From NCBI GenBank assembly GCA_041740355.1, contig JBGSMD010000013.1, forward strand, positions 32,001 through 96,000: DNA of 64,000 nt, given 5' to 3'. Positions 9,720 through 19,058 of this stretch are shown one piece after another. The DNA is from Bdellovibrionota bacterium (GTDB lineage: Bacteria > Bdellovibrionota_C > UBA2361 > CALJRW01). The notes beneath the pieces are model-generated. The model did no database searches and was not told where the DNA came from. It was given only the letters and a program-made list of their open reading frames with translations. Each line of letters opens with the position of its first letter. Position 1 is the stretch's first letter. A program made the translations under genes and the position numbers.

Positions 9720-9852
9720 AAACCTGAGTTTTGGATAAGAATTCGTCTTGAGAAGGGGGAAGTAGTCGAAATTATTAAAAATTGCAGATTATTCAGAGCG
9801 ATTCGTACTAATTCAACTTTTGAAATAGAAAGCTTATCCAAAACTCAGGTTT
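9720..9852. repeat. MITE-like element with perfect 20-bp terminal inverted repeats
   Basis: AAACCTGAGTTTTGGATAAG (9720-9739) / CTTATCCAAAACTCAGGTTT (9833-9852), non-coding interior. Confidence 0.75.
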
Positions 9853-9945
9853 AAAGTTACGAACACCTGAATAAATTCACTTTTAAGGAAATTAATATCG
9901 GCACAATAAATTACGGATATAACTGAATTAAATTTTTGCAGTTTA

Positions 9946-10174
9946 TATAGTGAGTCCAATAAATAAATTACTTTAAATGATTAACGATTTTGCTTGAACT
10001 CACTATTAATGTTGTTTTTAGCTATGCAAACTTGGATATCCGCCGTAGCTTTTGCTTTGGCGTGACAAGAATCCAAGATTTGCATTAGCCGTAATGACTC
10101 TATTCAATTTACTAACCAGCCTTCGCTGAAGCTTCGGCTAGGCAGGCAGTAAATTATTTTTTGTCATTACTATA
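9946..10174 (+). repeat. MITE family C copy carrying two nested short palindromic inserts
   Basis: Left end TATAGTGAGTCCAATAAATAAATTACT resembles the ends at 23618 and 51506; right end GTAAATTATTTTTTGTCATTACTATA; interior differs from the other copies. Confidence 0.6.
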
Positions 10175-10567
10175 TAAGTAATATTCAAGTTTTTAGAGGT
10201 GATTTTGAAGCAATTTTTTTAGTTTTTTAGTCATTCCAATAAGGAAAAATCATATAAATAAAAATTTAAATTTACAGCGGAATATTCAGTAATTGGTTCC
10301 AAAATGAGCCAGTATGATCAGCGTCATATTGATTGTAGCATGTTATTAACGGCATAATAGAACAGCTGGAAGTCACACTTGCAAAAAAATTAGTCATATC
10401 AATTAGTTATAAAAACTACTTAAGATATTAAATAACATAACCGAATATTTCGAATAATTTGTTTTATATCTAGCTAGATTGATTTAATTAGATGTAATAT
10501 ATCAGTCTTAAGTTGTAAGTTGTCGGGAATTCACCTGACTTTATGTTTTAATTTTTTTTGAGTAATC

Positions 10568-11233
10568 ATGAAAAGACTATTACTAGTATTATTAAGTTTA
10601 GGTTTCTTGGTTAGCAATGCGTCTGCTGACGGGTGTTTTCCAGGTGAACCTTGCTATTACAAAAAACCAGCTGCTCCAGTTCAAGCTAAGCCAGTAATGC
10701 CGGCTGTTGAAAAAGCAGAGCCAATTGCTATGGCACCAGTATCTTCTGATACATTTTACGTTTCTGTTGGCGCAGGCTGGGAGATTCGTGAGAAGGACGA
10801 AGAGATGTTAAACAGCGCTACGTATGATGTAAGATTTGGTGGCTACCATATCGCTGATCGTATATCTGCTGAAGTTGGATTTGGTTTCAGCCCAGATATC
10901 AGAAACAGAGAGTACCCAGGTGCAAACCGTTTTGCTTTAACAGAAGATAATTCTGCTATGAGATTCTTCGGTGATGTTATGTACCATCTTGAAGAAGATT
11001 CTAAAGGTGCAGAATTTGATCCTTATGCAGCATTAGGAATGGGTGTTAACATCTATGACGATGCTACATCAGAAGGTGATACTGCAATCTATGCTCAAAC
11101 AGGTGTTGGTGCGTTTTTCAACTTAACTCCAGAATGGTTTGTTAAGCCTGACTACCGTGTACAAATGGTTGGTGAGAACACAGAAGTTAACCACTTGGTG
11201 ACTTTATCAGTTGGTTACAAATTTGATATCTAA
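10568..11233 (+). CDS. Outer membrane beta-barrel protein (OmpA-like transmembrane domain)
   Basis: Signal peptide, amphipathic strands, DPYAALGMG, C-terminal SVGYKF; strong terminator follows. Confidence 0.8.
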   Translation: MKRLLLVLLSLGFLVSNASADGCFPGEPCYYKKPAAPVQAKPVMPAVEKAEPIAMAPVSSDTFYVSVGAGWEIREKDEEMLNSATYDVRFGGYHIADRISAEVGFGFSPDIRNREYPGANRFALTEDNSAMRFFGDVMYHLEEDSKGAEFDPYAALGMGVNIYDDATSEGDTAIYAQTGVGAFFNLTPEWFVKPDYRVQMVGENTEVNHLVTLSVGYKFDI

Positions 11234-11252
11234 TTTGTAAATCATCTATATT

Positions 11253-11294
11253 AAGTGGCATTCGGTAGGAAACTACTGGATGCCACTTTTTTTT
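11253..11294 (+). terminator. Rho-independent terminator
   Basis: AAGTGGCATTCGGTAG-GAAA-CTACTGGATGCCACTT followed by a T run. Confidence 0.9.
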
Positions 11295-11371
11295 GCACTT
11301 TTTTTAAAATGAAGAAAACAATATATTAGTTCCGTGATTTTGATAATGTATCTACGTCCAAAAGTAACATA

Positions 11372-12724
11372 ATGTTTAAGTACCTTATAGCAATTTATTG
11401 CTTCTTTTTTATATCCCTTACTAATACATCGGCTAGTCCCAAGAATATAATTATTTTTATAGGTGATGGCATGGGGATCAGTACTATCACTGCCGCACGT
11501 AAGTATAATCAAGAAATAAATCAAAAAGATAATCTGAGCTTTGAAAAATTTCCCTATTCGGCAATAGTCGACGTTAAATGTCATGATTATCTTGTTCCAG
11601 ATTCGGCGTGCACGGCTACTGCAATTGCTAGTGGTGTTTCTGCTAACTCAGGAGTTGTTGGACTTAATCAGGCGGTACGAAGAGGTAGCTTTGCTGGATT
11701 TAAAGAGGCACAAGCTAAGTCTTTACTTGCGTTAGCAGAAGAGAATAATTACTTAACCGGCTTAATCACAAATACGGCAATTACAGATGCAACTCCAGCT
11801 GCATTTTTTGGTCATTCTCCTGAACGCGAGTGGCAGTCCGATGCTGATTTACCCCTTCCAATTCGTAGTACCGAGTTTTCTGATTTGGCTAAACAGTTGA
11901 TTAAATTTACAGTTGGAGATGGAATAGACTTAATCATGGGTGGAGGTCGAGAAAAGTTTTTAAGCCAAGCTCATGTTGATCCTGAATATTCTCAATATTC
12001 TGGAGATAGAATTGATGGACAAAATTTATTAGAGCAATGGAGTTCCGTCAATCAGGGCTCTAGTTTTGTTTGGAATAAAGAGCAATTGCTGGAAATAGAT
12101 CCAAAAAAATCACTCAAACTATTAGGATTATTCGAGCCTGGTAATTTGGCTTTCGAAGCAAATCGAAACAAGGAAAGCGATCCATCTTTATCTGAAATGG
12201 TAGCTTGGAGTTTAGATTTTTTACAGAAAGAAGATTCACCAGGGTTCTTTTTGATGGTGGAAGCAGGTCGAATTGATCATGCGCACCATGATAATTTAGC
12301 AAAGTTAGCCTTGATTGAAACTCTGCAATTATCTGCGGCAATCGAAGTGGCATTAAAGAAAATTGATCTTGCTGAGACATTAATAATAGTAACTTCTGAT
12401 CATGGACATACTCTGGGAATTGTTGGTTATCCAAAAAATTCTGATAGTATTTTAGGGCAGGGATATGATGCTGATGCTTTCCCGGCAAAATATAGTTTTT
12501 TAAATTATTTGTCGGGACCTGGGGCAAGATATGCAGGTAATAAACAGAGTTTGCCGTCTAATGATATTCAATACCATCAAAATTCTTTAATTAATAGTCA
12601 ATCGGCCAAGCATTCTGGTGAGGATGTGGCACTTTATGCAACTGGTTCGGGGGCAGAAAATTTTCATGGCGCAATCAAGCAACGACAAATATTTCAGATC
12701 ATTAAAGAAATTGCCAAGTATTAA
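11372..12724 (+). CDS. Alkaline phosphatase
   Basis: IFIGDGMG, VPDSACTATA (catalytic Ser), EAGRIDHAHH, VTSDHGH, HSGEDV. Confidence 0.93.
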   Translation: MFKYLIAIYCFFFISLTNTSASPKNIIIFIGDGMGISTITAARKYNQEINQKDNLSFEKFPYSAIVDVKCHDYLVPDSACTATAIASGVSANSGVVGLNQAVRRGSFAGFKEAQAKSLLALAEENNYLTGLITNTAITDATPAAFFGHSPEREWQSDADLPLPIRSTEFSDLAKQLIKFTVGDGIDLIMGGGREKFLSQAHVDPEYSQYSGDRIDGQNLLEQWSSVNQGSSFVWNKEQLLEIDPKKSLKLLGLFEPGNLAFEANRNKESDPSLSEMVAWSLDFLQKEDSPGFFLMVEAGRIDHAHHDNLAKLALIETLQLSAAIEVALKKIDLAETLIIVTSDHGHTLGIVGYPKNSDSILGQGYDADAFPAKYSFLNYLSGPGARYAGNKQSLPSNDIQYHQNSLINSQSAKHSGEDVALYATGSGAENFHGAIKQRQIFQIIKEIAKY

Positions 12725-12747
12725 ATATCTGTTTAGCCCAAGCTATA

Positions 12748-13143
12748 TTAGGTTTTAGTAATTATAAATCCACAGTAAGTCATTAATATTCCCAGTGTAA
12801 CAGACAAGGTAATATAACTTAGAGCCAGTAATATTTTACCTTCAATAATTAACACTACATTTTCTGCCGTAAAACTAGAGAAGGTTGTAAATCCTCCAAG
12901 AGTTCCAATCATCATAAAAGATGTCCAATTAGAGGGTTGAAAATTAGGACTTAAGGTCTTTGATAAAAAACAGCCAATAACGAAGCAACCAATTAGGTTA
13001 ATACTTAGCGTAGCAACTGGTAATGCAGGTAATGTCTTAAAATAGGATTTCTCAAGTAAATAGCATAGATAGCGCACTACGGAACCTAATGCTCCACCTA
13101 ATCCTACAAATAATATGTGTAATATGTTCAATTGCATCGTCAT
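12748..13143 (-). CDS. crcB: Fluoride channel CrcB/FluC (likely start 13143)
   Basis: GGALGSVVRY, GGFTTFSSF; GGGAG RBS 8 nt upstream of ATG 13143. Confidence 0.92.
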   Translation of the reverse strand: MTMQLNILHILFVGLGGALGSVVRYLCYLLEKSYFKTLPALPVATLSINLIGCFVIGCFLSKTLSPNFQPSNWTSFMMIGTLGGFTTFSSFTAENVVLIIEGKILLALSYITLSVTLGILMTYCGFIITKT

Positions 13144-13227
13144 GTAAGATACTCCCTGAAAGCTTGATTTCACAAGTAAAAAAGTATAGTTTTTCTTTAC
13201 TTTTTTTGATTTTAATAGGACTAACTT

Positions 13228-14493
13228 ATGCATCCCAAGTGTCTAGAACTTCTTCAGCTAAATGATCCCGATATTTATAACGCAATAAAAGGTGAAGAAC
13301 AGCGAGAGAAGGATGGGATAGAATTGATTCCGTCTGAAAATTATGTTTTTCCGGAAGTTTTTGCAGCAAATGGATCAATTTTTACTAATAAATATGCTGA
13401 AGGTTATCCAGGTCGCCGTTATTATGGTGGACAAGAATACACTGATGTTATTGAAAGCTTGGCAATTGAAAGAGCTAAGCAAGCTTTTGGAGCAGAGCAT
13501 GCCAACGTGCAAGCGCTTTCTGGTTCTCCAATGAACCAAGCAGCATACTTAGCATTCCTAAAACCAGGTGACACCGTACTAGGTATGGATCTTTCTCATG
13601 GCGGACACTTAACTCATGGAGCTCCAGTTTCTCACATGGGGAAAATATTCAATTTTGTTCGTTATAAAACGGATCCACAGAATGAAGGTAAAATTGATTT
13701 TGATGACTTAATGAGAGTTGCGAAGGAACATCGTCCAAAAATTGTACTTTGTGGTTATACTTCTTACCCGCGTGATTTAGATTATGCTGATTTCAAAAAG
13801 GTAGCAGATGAAGTTGGAGCAATTACCATGGCGGATGTTTCACACATTGGTGGATGGATTGCAGCTGGAGAGATGAGAAACCCACTAAAATATGGTTTTG
13901 ATATTGTCACTACAACAGTTCATAAGTCGATGCGTGGACCTAGAGCAGGACTTATCCTTTGTAAAGAAAAGTTTGCCAAAGACATTGATAAATCAGTATT
14001 TCCTGGATTGCAAGGTGGGCCTCACATGCAAACAGTAGCAGCAATTGCCGTAACAATGAAGAAGGTTTTAGAGCCTGAGTTTAAAGTTTATGCTAAGCAA
14101 GTACTAGCTAACTCTAAAGCTCTTGCTAAAGAATTAATGGATCATGACTGTGAATTGATTACTGGTGGCACTGATAATCACATGATGGTTGCAAATACTT
14201 CTTCTAGTTATGGTCTTAATGGAACGGAAGCTGAGCATTTGTTAGATGAAGTAAACATTACTTGTAATAAGCAAATTATACCTGACGATCCTAATCCGCC
14301 TTTAAGACCAAGTGGTATTCGTTTGGGAACACCAGCTGCAACAAGTCGTGGAATGAAAGAGCAGGAAATGAAACAATTAGCGAATTGGATTGTTACAACT
14401 CTTAAAGAAAGCAAAGATGCTGATAAGCTTATCAAGATTAAAGCGGAAGTTAAAGAGTTCTGCCAAGCATATCCTGTTCCTGGTTTATATTAA
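13228..14493 (+). CDS. glyA: Serine hydroxymethyltransferase
   Basis: LIPSENY, NKYAEGYPGRRYYGG, GGHLTHG, TTTVHKSMRGPR, GIRLGTPA. Confidence 0.98.
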   Translation: MHPKCLELLQLNDPDIYNAIKGEEQREKDGIELIPSENYVFPEVFAANGSIFTNKYAEGYPGRRYYGGQEYTDVIESLAIERAKQAFGAEHANVQALSGSPMNQAAYLAFLKPGDTVLGMDLSHGGHLTHGAPVSHMGKIFNFVRYKTDPQNEGKIDFDDLMRVAKEHRPKIVLCGYTSYPRDLDYADFKKVADEVGAITMADVSHIGGWIAAGEMRNPLKYGFDIVTTTVHKSMRGPRAGLILCKEKFAKDIDKSVFPGLQGGPHMQTVAAIAVTMKKVLEPEFKVYAKQVLANSKALAKELMDHDCELITGGTDNHMMVANTSSSYGLNGTEAEHLLDEVNITCNKQIIPDDPNPPLRPSGIRLGTPAATSRGMKEQEMKQLANWIVTTLKESKDADKLIKIKAEVKEFCQAYPVPGLY

Positions 14494-14567
14494 TGTTGTT
14501 TTCATTAAAATTGACTAGAATTAGTAGACAGATCTTGCGGTAGGTAACTGCTGATTTACTAAAAAAC

Positions 14568-14597
14568 TTCTATCCTAGTATTTTTACTAGGATAGAA
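14568..14597. terminator. Perfect 13-bp hairpin between glyA and mutM
   Basis: TTCTATCCTAGTA-TTTT-TACTAGGATAGAA; a T-tail is present only on the minus strand, so function is uncertain. Confidence 0.45.
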
Positions 14598-14613
14598 CTC
14601 CTTGAGTACCATC

Positions 14614-15432
14614 ATGCCAGAACTTCCTGAAGTTGAAACCGTAGTTAGAAGTATCAGGCCCAAACTTGAAAACAAGTCAATTCAGGACTGTCAGATCTAC
14701 AATAATTATTCTCGAATTATTCTTCACTCTTCATTTCTAACTTTTCAAAACAAGATCCTAGGCAAAAAAATTATTCAGGTAACGCGCCGCGCAAAATATA
14801 TTGTTATTCATTTAAGTGAAGGTTATTTAATTTTTCATTTACGGATGACTGGGCAGTTTTATTTTGATTCAATTGCTCCTAAGCACGCAACATTTTCACT
14901 TAGCCTGAGTCAAGGGAAAATGCATTTTGTTGATACCAGAAAATTTGGAACTGTAGAGTATCATCCGACATTAGATGTCTTAGAAAAGAAATTGGGACCT
15001 GAGCCACTTTCTAAGGATTTTAAATTAGCTCCCTTTCAAATTGCATTAAGTAAATCTGCAAAAAATATTAAAGCTTATTTATTAGATCAATCAAAAGTTG
15101 CAGGTCTCGGAAATATTTATGTGGATGAAGTACTGTGGCAGGCGAAGATCCATCCCGCTACGAAAGCAAATGAAATCTCCAAACTGCAAACTTTGGAGTT
15201 ATTTAAAGCAATCCCCCAAATTTTGAAGTATAGTATTAAGCACCAAGGGACTACGTTTATTAATTTTTATTTTGAAGAATCTAAAAGCGGTAATTTTCAA
15301 AATATGTTAAAAGTATTTAATAAAGCAGGGGAGCCATGTCCTCGTTGTTCTAAGGAAATTATAAAAATTAAATTTGCTGGTCGTGGGACACATCTTTGTC
15401 CTAAGTGTCAAAAAAATAAGGGTAACAGATAA
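14614..15432 (+). CDS. mutM: Formamidopyrimidine-DNA glycosylase
   Basis: MPELPEVE start (ATG 14614), HLRMTG, GLGNIY, C-terminal zinc finger CPRC...CPKCQ. Confidence 0.97.
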   Translation: MPELPEVETVVRSIRPKLENKSIQDCQIYNNYSRIILHSSFLTFQNKILGKKIIQVTRRAKYIVIHLSEGYLIFHLRMTGQFYFDSIAPKHATFSLSLSQGKMHFVDTRKFGTVEYHPTLDVLEKKLGPEPLSKDFKLAPFQIALSKSAKNIKAYLLDQSKVAGLGNIYVDEVLWQAKIHPATKANEISKLQTLELFKAIPQILKYSIKHQGTTFINFYFEESKSGNFQNMLKVFNKAGEPCPRCSKEIIKIKFAGRGTHLCPKCQKNKGNR

Positions 15433-16052
15433 TGTTTACAGGTATTATTCAAGGTAGTTTTTCGGTATCAGAACTAGAAAAAAAAGTTGGTCAGACTATT
15501 TTTGCTGTGAGTTTAAGCACCGAACTTCTATTAGGGCTTAAGCTTGGGGCAAGTGTCTGTGTTAATGGAGTTTGCCTTACGGTTTCTAGGATAAATGGAA
15601 ATAATGTATATTTTGATGTGATTGCAGAGACTTTAAATGTTACTACTCTCAAATTTTTAAAGCTTAATGACAAACTAAACATAGAGCGCTCACTAAAGTT
15701 TGGAGATGAGTTAGGTGGGCATATCGTATCTGGTCATGTAGATACGACAGTCAAGATTATTAATATTCAGCAACCAAAAAATAATTATATTTTAACGCTC
15801 CAAGCTAATAGTCAATTTATGGAGTATCTTTTACCAAAAGGTTATGTAGGATTGCATGGCGCAAGTCTAACAATTATTGCACCAGATCTAATAAATAATA
15901 CGTTTCAAGTTAGTCTAATCCCTGAAACTCTTCGTCTAACTAACTTAACAGGCTATCAGGTTGGGGAAGAATTGAACTTAGAGATCGATCGTCAAACTCA
16001 AGCCATTGTATCTACTGTCAAAGCTTATCTTGGTAGGATTGATCAACAGTAG
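15432..16052 (+). CDS. ribC: Riboflavin synthase alpha chain
   Basis: MFTGII start, GVCLTV, GGHIVSGHVD. Confidence 0.95.
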   Translation: MFTGIIQGSFSVSELEKKVGQTIFAVSLSTELLLGLKLGASVCVNGVCLTVSRINGNNVYFDVIAETLNVTTLKFLKLNDKLNIERSLKFGDELGGHIVSGHVDTTVKIINIQQPKNNYILTLQANSQFMEYLLPKGYVGLHGASLTIIAPDLINNTFQVSLIPETLRLTNLTGYQVGEELNLEIDRQTQAIVSTVKAYLGRIDQQ

Positions 16053-16512
16053 TTGTGTCCGGTATTCGATTTCTTTCAATCTCTTTACGTAGTCTTTCAA
16101 AAACAAATGAAACATCATCTTTCATTAGTCCTATACCACCATTTAACAAGGCTACAATCAGTCGTGCGATTATACCAAAAATTAAGATTCCAACTATTAA
16201 TGCTGAAATTAATAACATGTTTTTAGGAACTTCTATTATTGTTTCTACTGGTGTTGCTTGATCTTTTGTTGGAATTGTCAGCCTTAATGAGCGACTAGCA
16301 CCATCTTCTGGGACAATCTGTTTGATAAAACTATTATCTGCTAAATTAACATCTCCTTTGATTGCACTAATTCCAAACATTGCAATGGACATTCCAGTGT
16401 AAAGTGCAATTAGCACTAACCCAAGGCCAAAAGCTTTTTTAAATGTTTGATAGCCGCCTGAAATTGGATTCTCAAAGCTAATATTTTTTTTACGTGAGTT
16501 GTCTTTTATCAT
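16018..16512 (-). CDS. Hypothetical membrane protein
   Basis: 164-aa ORF with two hydrophobic helices. Confidence 0.6.
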   Translation of the reverse strand: MIKDNSRKKNISFENPISGGYQTFKKAFGLGLVLIALYTGMSIAMFGISAIKGDVNLADNSFIKQIVPEDGASRSLRLTIPTKDQATPVETIIEVPKNMLLISALIVGILIFGIIARLIVALLNGGIGLMKDDVSFVFERLRKEIERNRIPDTTTVDQSYQDKL

Positions 16513-16850
16513 TTAAGTTAGCTTTAAAATAAAGAAATTAATTATTGACTTCTCACCGTAGCTTGGTCTGACCATTGTGAATCTATGTTAAGGTATGATT
16601 TGAATATAAACTAGCTTACAGTCTTTAAACATAGAGAAAGTATTAAATTCTGAGTCTATTGTCATTCCCCAAAGCAAACCCGATTAGGAAATTGAGATTT
16701 AATAGCTTTGACTATACTAGCGACCACGGAGTTAAACCTCAGATATTTTAAAATCAGTTAGTAAGTTCTCTACACGTGAGACTACTTTTATTAATTGGCT
16801 AGTTACTCAACTAGTGTCATTTTTTGTACATTAGTTTTGGGTGTAATATT

Positions 16851-17125
16851 CTAAGCGATATTGAAAATTACTATTTCATTTTTTGTTGCCTAGTATATCA
16901 AGCATAAAGTGCTTGATATGACCCAAGGGGGGTTGCACAGCTATTTAGTCATATAAAGTAAGGTTAAATACTGGGGAAATAAAGATAGTAAAAACAGATA
17001 TGCGGAATAAAGCAATTCTTGTCTGCCGACTTATCCGCCGAAGCTTCAGCGTTGGTCAAAGCGGAGCTCAGGTGGAAGTTTTTTCTATGCCGTTCCATAA
17101 ATTCTAATTTGGGTTTTATTATAGA
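16851..17125 (+). repeat. Dispersed structured repeat, family B copy 1
   Basis: Begins CTAAGCGATATTGAAAATTAC; colinear with the reverse complements of 35508-35745 and 49051-49271; right boundary approximate. Confidence 0.8.
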
Positions 17126-17225
17126 TAAATCATTGTGGTTAGGCTTTCTTATTCAAAATTGGAAAATAAGTCACTTCACTGGTATAAGTAAAGAATTAAT
17201 TTTCAAAGCCATTTAGGATGTTATT

Positions 17226-17864
17226 ATGTTAGAAGCTTCTTTTCCCCAATTTTCAACCATGATTAATGATTATCTTTGGCTAATTATTCCCGTAATAAGT
17301 GCACTGATTGGTTGGTTCACGAATTGGCTTGCCGTAAAAATGTTATTTAGACCCCGAATTGCTATTAGTTTTCTAGGTTTGAAAATTCAAGGAGTATTTC
17401 CAAAGAGACAATTAGTACTTGCTGAGAAAATTTCTCATGTTGTTTCAAATGAGCTCCTCAGCTCGCAAGATTTAAAATTAAAACTGGAGCAGACTGTTGA
17501 TGCATTAGATTTTCGTCAGGTAATTGTATCAGAAATCGATAATATCATCACTAACAAATTGCCAGTAGCAATCCCAATGCTTGGTATGTTTTTAAATAAT
17601 GAGTTGGCTGAAACAATAAAAAAACTAATTGCAAATGAGCTAGAAGAATCAGTCGCTAATACTATTGGAAAAATTTCTACTCAGATGGAAGCAAGCCTAG
17701 ATATTCGCCAAACTGTCTATGATAAAGTAGCAAATTTTTCTTCCGAACGTTTAGAGCTGATTGTTTTATCTGTAATGCAACGAGAATTTAAGTTTATCGA
17801 AGTGATTGGTGGTCTGATTGGTTTGTTAATTGGGATATTCCAAGTAGTTTTAGTTAATTTATAA
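17226..17864 (+). CDS. DUF445 family membrane protein
   Basis: IGWFTNWLAVKMLFRP...QGVFPKRQ, C-terminal EFKFIEVIGG. Confidence 0.88.
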   Translation: MLEASFPQFSTMINDYLWLIIPVISALIGWFTNWLAVKMLFRPRIAISFLGLKIQGVFPKRQLVLAEKISHVVSNELLSSQDLKLKLEQTVDALDFRQVIVSEIDNIITNKLPVAIPMLGMFLNNELAETIKKLIANELEESVANTIGKISTQMEASLDIRQTVYDKVANFSSERLELIVLSVMQREFKFIEVIGGLIGLLIGIFQVVLVNL

Positions 17865-18280
17865 TGATTACAACTCTTAAAATTAAAACTAATCGTCAGG
17901 GCTTATTAGAAATAACAGATCAAGTTGTAAATCTAATTAACCAAAGTGAATTTCTAAATGGCTTGTGTACTTTGTATATTCAACACACTTCTGCTAGCCT
18001 AACCATCCAAGAAAATGCTGATTCTTTAGCACGAAATGATTTGGAGACTTGGATTAATCGTTTGGTTCCCGAAAACGATCCACATTACACTCATACTTAT
18101 GAGGGAGCTGATGATATGCCAGCACATCTAAAATCAGTAATTACCAATACCAGTTTAACAGTTCCTGTGATGCAAGGAAATTTGATGCTTGGTCAGTGGC
18201 AGGGGATTTACCTTTGGGAGCATCGTCACAAAGGTACGTTAAGAAATGTTGTTATAGTATTACAAAGTATTGAAGCGTGA
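17864..18280 (+). CDS. yjbQ: YjbQ/UPF0047 family protein
   Basis: HTSASLTIQEN, DDMPAHLKS, LGQWQGIYLWEHR. Confidence 0.92.
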   Translation: MITTLKIKTNRQGLLEITDQVVNLINQSEFLNGLCTLYIQHTSASLTIQENADSLARNDLETWINRLVPENDPHYTHTYEGADDMPAHLKSVITNTSLTVPVMQGNLMLGQWQGIYLWEHRHKGTLRNVVIVLQSIEA

Positions 18281-18382
18281 AGCGACGAGAGTGTCGCCTC
18301 ACTATATTTATCCAGTAAGCAACATTTTAAAAATAGGGAAAGTAGTTAATCCAATTATAACTTGAAATGTAACTATTATGTT

Positions 18383-18853
18383 TTAATTAATAGTTTTAAT
18401 AGCTATTTTTCTATTTTTCCCCTCTGATTCTTTTAATTTTGGTAAAACAATTTTTAGCACTCCTTTATCTAGAGTAGCCTCAATTTGTTCTTCCTTAACT
18501 GAAAAGTTTAGTGGAATAATTTGACTAAATTTTCCATAACTTCTTCCTTGAAAAATAACTCCGTTTTCACTGCAATTAAAGTCCTCGGTTTTTTGTCCGG
18601 AAATAGTTAAGCTATCCTTTTCACAAGAAATTGAAAGTTCATTTTCTGCTAGCCCTGGTACTTCAGCAGTTACTAAATAATAGTCAGTCATTTCTTCAAT
18701 GTTAATCTTAGGTTGAAAAGCTTTATCGTTTATTTTAGCTACGCTAGAATCCAAGTAGTCATCTAAAAATCCCTTCAAAATAGTATTTTTTTGACCATTC
18801 ATGATTGGCCATAAAGAAAAGTGTTGGTAATTAGGAACTAGATTTTTACTCAT
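18383..18853 (-). CDS. Hsp20/alpha-crystallin small heat-shock protein
   Basis: AEVPG, RSYGKF, ATLDKGVLKIVLPK. Confidence 0.92.
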   Translation of the reverse strand: MSKNLVPNYQHFSLWPIMNGQKNTILKGFLDDYLDSSVAKINDKAFQPKINIEEMTDYYLVTAEVPGLAENELSISCEKDSLTISGQKTEDFNCSENGVIFQGRSYGKFSQIIPLNFSVKEEQIEATLDKGVLKIVLPKLKESEGKNRKIAIKTIN

Positions 18854-19058
18854 TTGATATCCTCCTGCAAATAAAAATTTGGGTTATAAAGGTTAATTTT
18901 TTATATCCCATATAAACAGTTAAATAATTATATTTCGACACAAAATATAATAGAGTTAGGCTATTAAATTAAATTAATTCTATGCCGACTTTTCCATATT
19001 AATTCTGTAATAATTAATATGGCTAATTTCAAGGGGAATAAAAATAATTTTTATTAAT

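Noticed and set aside
10366-10383. Sigma54 promoter upstream of the OMP gene (CTGGAAGTCACACTTGCA)
   Set aside because: GG-to-GC spacing is 11 nt, not the required 10.
13144-13227. Fluoride riboswitch before crcB or ZTP riboswitch before glyA
   Set aside because: The 84-bp AT-rich gap lacks the conserved motifs.
16520-16850. Possible decayed coding sequence
   Set aside because: Short broken frames with no recognisable family; cannot be supported.
17019-17216. 65-aa ORF MSADLSAEASA...
   Set aside because: It is a translation of the family D and B repeats, with a TTG start and no other coding support.
18454-18480. CIRCE-like TTAGCACTC-N9-GAGTAGCCT in the hsp20 gene
   Set aside because: It lies in the 3' coding region (ATLDKGVLK codons), the right arm is poor, and it is not in a promoter position.
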